From NCBI GenBank assembly GCA_951406725.2, contig OX597814.1, positions 106,950,001-107,014,000 on the forward strand: DNA of 64,000 nucleotides, read 5' to 3'. Position 1 is the first letter of the stretch. Every line of letters begins with the position of its first letter. The position numbers and the translations under genes were made by a program. Shown here piece after piece: positions 1 to 12,000 of the stretch. The notes below the pieces were generated by a model that was not told where the DNA came from, ran no database searches, and saw only the letters and a list, made by a program, of their open reading frames with translations. This stretch comes from Octopus vulgaris (Eukaryota).

Positions 1-142
1 AGACACAATATCTACAATCAACAACCTCACGATATTGTATACTGTGCGACGTCTATAATAATAATAATCTATTCTTGACTTCTCTACTTTCTTATTTGTT
101 TTCACTCTGATAGAAATTCTTCTTGTTTCTATAGATACCAAG

Positions 143-246
143 ATGTTGCGTGCCCTCATATGTGCAGCTTTATTTAGTTTTGCATTGTCTGTTGACATGG
201 AAACAATTCTTTCAAACAGCAATGGCTATAAACTGGATACAAAAGT
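143..246 (+). CDS. TEP/MCR-like gene, first coding exon (signal peptide)
   Basis: ATG at 143: [34 protein letters not shown](V). Hydrophobic N-terminus; acceptor ttctatag ending at 134 (implies an upstream 5'UTR exon); donor gtaagt at 247; phase 2 matches the next exon. Confidence 0.8.
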
Positions 247-2987
247 GTAAGTATTTTCACCGTTTTTATATATCACAAAATGTCAGTACAAAAAATATTC
301 AGGCTTTTCTAAATTCTTCCAGACTTAATATTGATAATTATATTTTTCTGTGGCTGAGTTTTTCTTGTTATTTTGATGACAGCTGGTGAAGCTGTGAGGC
401 CTTGAGGTTAGGGGTGTTGAGCTTCCAATCATAGTTGTGGGTTCAAATTCTGAACCAGGTAGCTCGTTATGTTCTTGAGCAAAGCACTTCAAAAGAAGCC
501 TATTTGTGTGTGTGTGTTTGTGTCTCTTTGTCTTGACATTGCATGTGATAGTTGTAAAGCAGTGTTGTTCATTTCAAATATTTTGCAAAATCAGGTGCTT
601 GGAAACAGATGAGGGTTGACTACAGGAAGGGCATCCAGCTGTAGAAAATCTGTCTCAACAAACTCAACCTGATCCATGCAGGAATGGAAAGGTGGGCATC
701 AAAAAGAGGATGTGGTCAGACAGATGTTCATATATGGCTTATAAAGAATATTCAAGTGATGTATGAAGAAGCTGGAAAGAAAATTACAATTAATATTAAG
801 GAGATGTACTCGCATAGCAAGTAATTTGATCTGAGATCGTGTGCTGAAACGAAAACAATTGCAGCGTGGAAGGTGTTTATAAGCCATTTAAGAAACACAC
901 AAAAGCCGTTCGATTCACTTCAACATTTAAGTTTAATTTGTCAAAATATTTTCGTCGCTAAAATCCGCGACCTGTTCACTGACAAAAATCCGTGAGATGC
1001 AGCACGGATTTTTGTCAGTGAACAGGTCGCAGATTTTAGCGACGAAAATATTTTGACAAATTAAACTTAAATGTTGAAGTGAATCGAACGGCTTTTGTGT
1101 GTTTCTTAAATGGCTTATAAACACCTTCCACGCTGCAATTGAATTAATATTAAATTATATGAAAAAACTTTTAGTATTTGGATGGGTATTCACCAAGGGG
1201 CTGTTCTTAGTCCTGCATTATTCATTGTAGCTTTTGAGGCAATATGAGAGATTGGAAGTCAGTATTCTTGGCAATTTTTGCATTCTGTTGATGTATAAGA
1301 TATGAGGAAGTGAAAGAAAATCAATAACAGAACTGAACAGTAATTCAGTAGAAAGATCAATCACATCTGCTTAAATTAATAAGGGTGTGTTGGGGGGAGG
1401 GGGCTGGTAGCTAAATTACTGATTGGTTCATTTTCTGTTAAGAGTATTCACTTTTTCCATGTTTTCGTGGGTCAAACAGAATTAATTTAAACAGATTTTC
1501 TATAGCTGGATGCCCTTTCTGTGTCCAACACTCACCTGTTTCCAGACAAGGTAATATTTCCCCAAGGCTGGGCATATTTTCATGAATACAGTTGGAAATG
1601 AACAACGCTGCTTGTATGGTGATGCTCATTTATGACCATTATGCAACGTCAACACAAGGCAACACACACACACACATCTATTGATATGATGGACATCTTT
1701 CAGTTTCTCTCTATCCAATCCACTGACAAGGTTTGGTAAGCCTTGGGCTATAGGTGAATGCATTTTCCCTTGGTGCCATGCAGTGAGGATGAACCTGAGA
1801 CTATCATCATATGTTTGTTTTCCATGCTGGCATGGGTTGGACAGCTTGACATGGAGCTGGTCAGCCAAAGAGCTGCCTGGACCCCATGTCCATTTTGGTA
1901 TGGTTTCTATGGCTGGATGCCCTTGAAATGAATTTGTTAACTACAAGGACAGTTGTGTGAAAAAGTGTCACACCCTAACAGTGGAAGGAACCTGTAGAAG
2001 AGGTAGACCCAGGAAGACATGGGACGAGGTGGTGAAGCATGAATGTTGGGCCTCACAGAGGCAATGACAGGAGACCGAGACCTTTGGAGATATGCTGTGA
2101 TTGAGAAGACCCAGCAAACCAAGTGAGATCACAGCCATGGCTAATGCCAGTGTTGCATGACTGGCCCATTTGAAATTGCCCTTGAAGCGTTGGGCAATAT
2201 GATATACTTGAGAAGACCTGTTAAGTCAAGTGAAATCAAAATCATGGTTGTAGCCAATGCCACCTGACTGGCACTCGTGCTGGTGGCACATAATAAGCAC
2301 CATTCAAGTGTGGGTTGATGCTAGTACCACCTCACTGGCTCCCCATGCTGGTGGCACATAAAAAGCACCATTCAAGCATGGTTGATGCCAGTACCACCTG
2401 ACTGGCCCTTGTGCTGAGGGCATGTAAAAAGCTACCCACTAAACTCTAGGAGTGGTTGGCACTAGGAAGGGCAGATCAGATTGGAGACTGGCGCAGCCTA
2501 CTAGCTTGTCAGTCCTCAGTTAAGCCGTCCAACCCATGCCAGCATGGAAAATCATGGAATGTCATCAGTTACAACGATGTGGGTTCCAGTTGATCCAATC
2601 AATGGAACAGCCTACTTGTGAAATTACTGTGCAAGTGGCTGAGCACTCCACAGACATGCGTGTACCCTTAACATAGTTCTTGGGGAGATTCAGCGTGACA
2701 CAGTGTGACAAGGCTGGCCCTTTTGAAATACAGGTACAACAGAAACAGGAAGAAAGAGTGAGAGAAAGCTGTGGTGAAAGAGTACAGCAGGGTTTGCCAC
2801 CACCCTCTGCCAGAGCCTCGTGGAGCTTTAGGTGTTTTCACTCAAACACTCAGAATGCCCAGTCTGGGAATCAAAACCACAATTCTACAACCGTGAGTCC
2901 GCTGCCCTAACCACTGGGCCACGCACATAAAATGGACATTAAATGATGATGACGAGTACCATGCCTGCACCTATATGCTGCCTTGTA

Positions 2988-3021
<34 letters not shown>

Positions 3022-6000
3022 ATATATATATATATTATATGCACCACACACACGCACGACCAAATTATTTTCTATTTGCTGATTCAAACCACAACTAGAT
3101 ACAGATTACACTGTTGTAAGGGGTGGGAGCACTGTTTGATGAAGCACTTTCATTAAGACAGGGTTGGAGGACTCCTTTAGTTTTTGTGTTATATCACCGT
3201 TCAAGTTCTGCTCCTGTAGCTTCATTGCCAGTGTGGGTCAGTCTTAAAATCCAACTTCTGTCCTACTTCCTCATATCTCTTAGTTTACTCATCCTTTTGC
3301 AATGTCACTTGGCTGCCATGCTTAGTACAGTCGTATGGTTTTTGGCAGACGCAATGCCTGAATCCTGCAGATGAAGTTTATAAATTCATCCCTTATTCTT
3401 CTGTGTGAAATTTGTAATGGAACACAGGCTGTCCAAAAAGCCTCTCTGCAGTATTTTATTGCTAAATAATCATAAGATGGTATATAAGACTACAAAAGAA
3501 TATATTAGACGTTACAAAACTTTATAAGAGGTGTTGAAAGTGTTGTCTTTCATTTTCAATACATAAGTTGACTCTTCTACACATGTTTTGAAATACATCT
3601 TGGAGATTCTGATGTGGTATGGACCGTGCAAAGGTTATGATTGTGTGTTTTTGCTCATTAATGGTTTTTGGGTGATTCTTGTACACTGATCCTTTACTTG
3701 CTCTCCAGAAAAAAAAAAGTCTGGCGGTGTTAAATCAAGTGATCTTTGTGGCCAAAGTCCTTTCAAAATAATCCGTTCACCGAAAAACTCTTCAAGTAGT
3801 GCCATGGTGTTGAAAATGTCGTCCTTCATTTACAAAACATAAGATTTAATTTGCCTTTTACTGCCGTTTGAGCACTTCCTAGATTGATTTCCGTTTCCTG
3901 TGACAATTTGCATAAGGACTTTGACGGGATTGCCAACAGTTTATCAGAAATATTGCAGAGTGTTTCGTCTGAAAGAACAGTAGGCCTACTGCTTCTTGCT
4001 GCGTCTTCCACTGAGCCTGTGTTTCTAAATTTTCTAACCAAATCCCCCAAATAGTGTCACGATGTGGAACAACAGTATTTGGAAAAGTTTCACTGAACTT
4101 CTGTTTCACCATATCTGTGTATTCCTTTCCAGCTCGAAACACCCATTCAACTAAAAATGTACGTTCTTCAATGGTTGGCATGTCGACACGCTGAAGGGTA
4201 CACAATGACTGAGGGACAATGGCCAATGCCTAGCCATCCACGCAGTGATAGCCAAGTTGCACATGTGCAGGATTAAAAAATTCACTGTGGAGAGACTTTT
4301 TGAACACCCTGTATAACTCGCTGAATACTGTGTGGACTGTGATTTTTGTCGATGGGCCATTACTATATTGTCATAGCTGCTTAGTTTAAGGCTACTAATT
4401 TGAATGGTCTAAAGCTGCAGTGTCACCTTGGTGTAATGCTTAACATAGCTACATGCTTCACAGCAGAGATGGCATTAGAATTCCACACGATTTTACAGCA
4501 TTTATTTTTCATGTTCTATTTTAGATGTGTCTAAATTAGCAAAACTTTTAAAAATTATTTATCAGACTAGCAGGATTGGTGGATTATACAGCAAAAATGT
4601 CCTCTGGTATTTGGTTACATTCTTCTCTGCTCTGAGTTTAAATTCCATCAATGTTACCTGTGCCTTTTCATTTTCCTGTCACTTAAAACTACCAGTTATG
4701 TATTGGGGTCAACTTGACTTCCACACCTCTACCAATTAATTGACTCTCTTATCTCTCACTTTCTGCTAATTATCTTTTTCTGCCTTCCAATTAGTTCTTC
4801 TGTCCCACTTTTCCTAATTAGCTCTTCTGCCTTCACCTCTCCCACTTAATTAGCTCTTTCCTTGCTGATTGACTTTGTTACTTTCATCTCTCCTAATAAT
4901 TTGACTCTCTTATCCTCATCCTCCCCAACTGATTCTTCTCCATCAGCAGCATTTAACGTCCATTTTCCCTGTTGGCATGGGGTGGTTGGCTTGACACGAA
5001 CTGGCAAGGCCAGGAGCTGCACCAATTTCCATGGTCTCTTTTCACATGGTTTCTATGGCTTGATGCCCTTTTTAACACCAACCACTTTATAGAATGTACT
5101 GGGTGCTTTTACCTGACATCAGCACTAATTTATGTGGCACCATCACCAGTGCTTTTTACGTGAACCCAGCAATGGCACTTTTTATTTGGGACCATCACCG
5201 GTGCTCTTTACGTGGAACCATTACTGGTGCTCTTTACGTGAAACCATCACCGGTGCTCTTTACGTGGAATCATCACTGGTGCTCTTTACGTGGAACCATT
5301 ACTGGTGCTCTTTACGTGGAACCATCACCAGTGCTCTTTATGTGGAACCATCACCGGTGCTCTTTACATGGAACCATCACCGGTGCTTTTTACATGGAAC
5401 CATCACCGGTGCTTTTTACATGGAACCATCGCCGGTGCTTTTTACATGGAACCATCACCGGTGCTTTTTACATGGAACCATCACTGGTGCTCTTTACGTG
5501 GTACCATCACCGGTGCTCTTTACGTGGGACCATCACCAGTGCTCTTTACATGGAACCATCTCCCGTCCCTTTTTATGTGTTGCCAGTGCTTTTTTACGTG
5601 GCCCTAGCACCAATGTCTTTTCGCGTGGTACCAGCACCTCTTCTAATAAATTTACTCTTTGTTTCCTCCACTCCAAGTAATGATGATCTACCTATATTAA
5701 ACATTATTTCGTGTATCTTTTTCAGAACTTATTTAATTGCTGTTCCCCGTAAGATTCGTCCCAATCAAGTGATTCAGATATTTACAACCATTACCCGACT
5801 AGAGTATGGGCCCCTCATATTGAAGCTCTCTATTGTTAGAGATAACTTTGAGTATGGTAGAACAACACTGGAATTCAACATGCCTGCCAGCCGAATCATG
5901 CAGTTACAGGTGAGTCTATAGACTATTTTATGAGATAGCTAGTGTTTTTCTGTCCTTTGACTGTCAAGTTTGGAAGTATACCAGCCCATGGCGTGTGTGT

Positions 6001-9000
6001 GTTTATGTGCATCCCTGTCTGAACATTGTGATGGTTGTAAAATGAGTATTGCCATCATACAGTGTTGTTTGTTTCCGGTCTTCTGTGAAAAACATCCATG
6101 TTCCATGCTAGCACGGAACATGGATGTTAAATGATGATATTCCATTGTGATTCTCTGAACAGCAAAAAAAAAAAAAAAAAACCCAAAAAAGCCCAGGCCA
6201 GAAGAAATGCTAAATATTTCATATTTAGAGAGCAACTTCACTTATTAAAGGTTTTGATTAATATTAAGCTAAATGTTTTAGAACAATGTGCAAAATGCTT
6301 AGCAGCGTTTCGTCCAAATTTAAGGCAGCAAATATACATGAATCATCATTATTTAATGTCTGCCTTCCATGGGTGGGACAGTTTCACAAGGGTCGACCAG
6401 GTAGAAGTCTGCACCAGACTTCTGTGACTATTTTGACAGGATTGTCACAGCTGGATACCCTTCCTAACACCAACAACCCAGCTGAATAGACTTGGTGCTT
6501 TTTACATGGCACAAGCCCAGGCAGGGTCAGTTTTGGCAAGGTTTTTAAGGCTGGATGCCATTCTGAATGCCAACCACTCAGCAGAATGGACTTTATACGT
6601 GGCACAAGCACAGGAATATATTTAAAATTATTAGGGCAGAGGGCTGGCAGCATTGTTAGCACACTGAGCAAAATCCTCAGTGGCATTTTGTCTGTCTTTA
6701 CATTCCAAGTTCAAATTCAACTGAAGTCGACTTTATCTTTCACCCTTTCAGGGTCGGTAAAGTAAGTACCAGTTGACTATTGGGGGTTGATGTAATTGAC
6801 TTACCCCTCTCCCTCAAAATTGCTGGCCTTGTGCCAAAATTTGAAGCCATTATTAAGTTAAATGTTTCTTCTAGTTATGTCATAAAATGGTGAGTTGAGT
6901 GAAGGCTATCCATCAAACATTTCTACCTGTTAATATATTCAATATTTTTCAGATCTCCCAAAATCTTCCGCCTGGGCAATACAAAGTGAAAATTGAGGCC
7001 AACCCTATCAGCAATCCAAGCAGTCAAGTCTTTACAAGAGAAGCAGACATCATGTTTGACGAGAAGTTTGCTTCAGTTTTCATCCAGACCAATAAACCTG
7101 TCTATTGCCAAGGTCAAAAGGGTAAGTGTACCTTCTGATTGTGCTGGGTACTGTTTTTGTTGTTGATGTTGGTGGTGGTGGTGGTATCAGTGCTGCTAGA
7201 ATTGTTGTTATTATTGTTGCTAAGATAATGTATTGTGTAAAATACATTGAGTGCAGGGTATTGATGGAGTGAGCAGAGTGATGGAAAAACTATTTTGAGG
7301 GCAGTGGATTGCTTGAAAGATGCAGAAAAAGATATTTGGCAATTTAACACACACTCAAGTGTTGGACCTCACGCAGGCAATGACCAAGACCTCTGGCATT
7401 ATGTTGTGCTTGAGAAGAATACCCATCAAACTGAGCAGAATCACAGTCGTGGCAGATACCGGTGTCACGCAAATTGGCACCTGTGCTGGTGGCATGTAAA
7501 TGCACGCCGGTACCACGCAAATGGCACCCGTGCCAGTGGCACATAAAAAACACCCACTACACGCTGGGAGTGGTTGGCATTAGGAAGGGCATCCAGCTGT
7601 AGAAAACCATGCCAAATTAGGCTGGAGTCTGCCAGCATGGACAATGGACGTTAAATGATGATGGTAAGAATCACGTGTGGTAAGAAGCTTGCTTCTCAAC
7701 CACATGGTTCCAGGTTCAGTCTCACTGCATGGTACCTTGGGCAAATGTCCACTATAACCTTAGGCTGACGAAAGCCTGGTGAGTGGATTTGGAAGGGGGA
7801 ACTTGAAAGAAGTCCATTGTGTATGTGTGTTTGTCCCCCACCATCACTGCCGACCAATGTTGGTGTGTTTATGCATCTGTAACTTAGAAGTTTGGCAAGA
7901 GTAACTGATAGAATAAGTACCAGACCTTTAAAAAAAAAAGTTCTGGGGTCAATTCATTTGTCTGAAAGGTATTCTTCAAGGTGGGGCCCCAGCATGGCCA
8001 CAGTCTAATTGCTGAAACAAGTAAAAGATAGAAGATAATACAAACATACAGGGTAACAGTTTATTTAGGGTGATCCAGTGAAACCTGGAAAGGGACAGCG
8101 AAAGTCTCTCAATTGCTGGACATGTTCCATTGATGTTGCCTAAGTGTGATTCTCTAATTTTACTGTGGTTGTTGCTCTTAACAATGTCCTCACTGATATC
8201 GTCCTTGTGGCTGCATCAACTTCTGCCCTCATTGAATCTATTCAATCTATACCCATTGCCCAATCTTGGTCCTGCCATGGACAGGCTGCCTTCAGTTTGT
8301 TGTATGGACATGGCATTCAACTGAGTGATTTCACTATAGACTGTATACATTTCAGTTTGTTTCAGGCAGAAGAGGATTTATATAGCGGAAACACTCAAGT
8401 AGTGGCTATCAACCATGACTCCCAGGGCCTTGTGTGGCCATCCAACATCCTCTCTGTGGCCCCCAAGCATCCTTCTAGCAGCACCCAACACTCTAACCCT
8501 CTATAAATAAATTTTTCCGTAATTGACTTCACTTTTTTTAGTGTGCTCCCCTAAAAATATCCAGGTTTTGGATATGAACCAGACATTAAAAACATTGAGC
8601 ACCACTGATGGAGAGTAATTAGCCACTGTCTTAGCTCTTAGATATTTCAGTGTTGTCAGCATAATGGGGGTAATTAGCCTTCTCCAGACATTCTAATTGC
8701 TTACCTTCCTCCTGGCTCCATTCATACCAACTCTCATTGCAATCTGGTCCTCCTGGAACATATTATTCCATGTCTTCATATTATTCCAGTCTGTAGTGGT
8801 GGGGGTGGATGCTCTGAGAGTGTTACCACTAGAATAAGAATAGCCTGGGCAAAGTTCAGAAAGCTCCTACCTCTGCTGGTGACAAAGGGCCTCTCACTCA
8901 GAGTGAAGGTAGACTGTATGAAGCATGTGTGCGAACAGTCATGCTGCATGGCAGTGAAACATGGGCTGTGACTGCTGAAGACATGCATAGGCTTGAAAGA

Positions 9001-12000
9001 AATGAAGCTAGTATGGCCGATGCCAGTGCTGCATAACCGGCTCTTGTGATAGTGACATGCAATAAGCACCATTCATGCGTGGGTCATTGCCAGTGCTGCC
9101 TGATTGGCTCTCTGTGCCGGTGGCACGTAAAAATCACCATCCGAACATGGTCGATGCCAGCCACCATGTCCTGCAAACTTCCCATGTCTGCTCGCCTTGT
9201 TACCTCTTTGCTTCTCACTCTTTCTCTGTAAGAGGTGTCCAGGATTGAACAGTAGGTAATGTTGATGGAATGCGTCCAGCAATTAAAAGATCTTCTCTGC
9301 CTTCTTCCAAGTTTCATTGATTTGGCTTAAATAAACTATTACACTGTATGTTAGTATTGAGTACTTTTTCTCATTTCAATGCTACTAATAGATGTGCGTG
9401 TGTGTGTAAAGGTGCCAGATATTTTAAGCAAAAGAAGAGGTGTCTAATTTCAGGATGATGGGTGGTGATGGAGTGAGTAGAGAGATGGACAACTTACTAG
9501 TTGGTATCTAAGTATTTGACGGGTACTTTATCACATCAATCTCAAGTACTTGAGATTGATGTGATAAAGTACCCGTCAAATACTTAGAAGTTGATGAAAT
9601 AAAGGACCGGCCAAGTACGGAGGTTGATTAAAGTACCGGACATATATTGGGGGTTTATACTTCCTGCCAACAATATACAGCCTTGTGTCTATGTTGGAAA
9701 TAAACTATTTAAACATGTTTTACCTGTGGAGCCCTTTGAATCTTTTTAACTCAGGTGGATCCTCACAGCCTTTTCATTATCATCATCATCCAGTGTTTTA
9801 AATCTGGGTTTTGTCCCCATTAACGGTGATGGCTGGATCTACCTCAATGCCTTGGCAACCTGGGTAGGCAGGTGCAGCCCACCCCAACCTTTGGGCTGGC
9901 TCGTGCTCATTCTCCCTTGCTATCATGAGGCTTTTTTAGAACTGGATTTTTTACGGGGAGCATGCCCTTGCTTACCCTGAACCCCACTTTCTAGACATGA
10001 GTAGTCCCAAGACCTTTTGTTATTTCAAAAATCCCCTTTTAATATTATTAAGAATCACATAATTGTTAAAACAGTTTCTGTATTGTAGATGTGTAACTGA
10101 TTTATTACACACAAATTTTAACAACAAAATCTTGTATGGAGCCCCAACGGTCCTATGGACCCTTATTCAGAACCTCTGCCCTAAAGTATTAAATCTCCAA
10201 AAGAAACTTCACCCTAAGTCTGTGAATTAACTTCTTTGCTTCCTTGTTCCTGTTCTCACTGTCAAATTTTATTATTTCCCCAGTATTTTTCCGGGTGGTA
10301 CAAGTCTACCCTGATCTGATGCCTGTCTATGGAAGTTTGACAATCTATGTTAAGGTAAGTTGTTGTTGTTGTTTAACCCTAGGCAGTTCTAACTGGACAG
10401 GCCTACAATCAAATGACATGTCAACCATAACCAGCCAGCCTGAATTTTAGTGGATCTCCATAACAATAGCAGTTAATGGGGCAGAAATCTACCATTTTCT
10501 TGTAGACAAACCTAGCATTGAACAGCTTGTTTAACCCTAGGTTTACCTTGGTTAAACAGGCCTATGTTCAAAGACACTCCACCATTGACCATCTCTTTTG
10601 TTTTGTTTTTTTTTTGTTATCTACTTAGGACAACATTAACAAATGCTTCTTTTATTTGAAGACAGAGGAAATATGGTAGCATTTCTTACCAATTCTTCCA
10701 CAAATTGTAGTTAATCATCTTAAAAAAAAAAGAATTTAATAATGAAGTTCTACCTCATAGATTAGATGGTCATGGTTGGAATGCCCTTCATTATAAGTCT
10801 ACAAAGGATGAACTGGAGGCTAGGGTTTATCGTTTTCATTTCCTGCAAGTAGGATTTAGTTAAAGATCCATGGGTTATCTGCACTTAAGGGTGGAATGGT
10901 GGCTATGTGGATGTTTGACACACACCCTCTCTCTTCTCTCACCTCTCTCCCTTTTGCTTCTCTCTCCTCTATTTTCCCCTGCCCTCTCTCCTCCATCTTC
11001 CTCTGCCCTCTCTCTTCCATATTCCCCTCCCCTCTCTCTTCCATCTTCCCCTGCCCTCTCTCCTCCATCTTCCCCTGCCCTCTCTCCTCCATCTTACCTT
11101 CCCCTCTCACCTCCCTCGCCCCTCTCTCCATCTCCCCTCTATCTCTCTCTCCTCCACTCTAACCAAAGGGGGTTTTTCCAACCAATATTTACATTTATTT
11201 ATAGCTTTATCTACTTTTGAGTCCGACCATTAAAAATAAATTATTTCATGTTCTCTCAAGGTTTCCAAATTTTTACAACACTAACAATTCCCAATTGATC
11301 TTGTTTAGCAAGTGACTTAATCTGAAACCATGTACTGGAAGAGAAACAGTTAAATCATGGGAGAAGCATTCTAGCCATTTAATTACACACAAATTTGTTA
11401 AATTTCCTTTAAATATATTTCATGAAGTAGAACTGTATTATTGTGAGATGAAAATTATGGTACCTCGTTAAAAGATTTTGAAGTGAAATTAACAGCTGTG
11501 TTGTTAACCCTTTTGTTACCATATTTCTATAGAATTACCCTGCGTTTTGATTTTATTAATTTTGAATGTAATGTGGAATCTCATAAAATAAGTTTTGTCA
11601 TTGTTTAGCTGGTGTAAGGCGGCAAGTCAGCAGAGACATTAGCATGCCGGGCGAAATGCTTAGCAATGTTTCGTCTGTCTTTACGTTCTGAGTTCAAATT
11701 CTGCCGAGGTCGACTTTGCCTTTCATCCTTTTGGAGTTGATAAATAAGTACCAGTTATGTTCTGGGGTTGATCTAATTGACTGACTCCCCCCCCCCCTCC
11801 TCAAAAATTTTAGGCCTTGTGCCTAGAGTAAAAAAGAATATTTTAAGGTGGCGAGCTGACAGAAACATTAGTATGCCAGGTGAAATGCTTAGTGGTATTT
11901 CATCTGGTTTGACATTCTGAGTTCAAATTCCGCCGAGGTCGACTTTGCCTTTCATCCTTTCGGGGTCAATAAATTAAGTATCAATTGCCTACTGGGGTTG

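Larger units (their letters stand above)
800..1141. mobile_element. Fold-back non-autonomous Penelope-like insertion (family A, copy 1)
   Basis: 139-bp inverted arms 856-994 and 1003-1141 (one mismatch seen), 8-nt loop, 56-bp unpaired leader; flanked by 12-bp direct repeat aattaatattaa (788-799, 1142-1153); near-identical second copy at 50018-50363. Penelope assignment is inferred from the structure and the hammerhead motif. Confidence 0.75.

Noticed and set aside
5130-5600. CRISPR-like array
   Set aside because: Repeats are contiguous with no unique spacers; no cas genes; eukaryotic intron.
5132-5680. 182-aa and 105-aa repetitive ORFs
   Set aside because: Translations of the 26-bp minisatellite; a unit length not divisible by 3 gives the same peptide in every frame.
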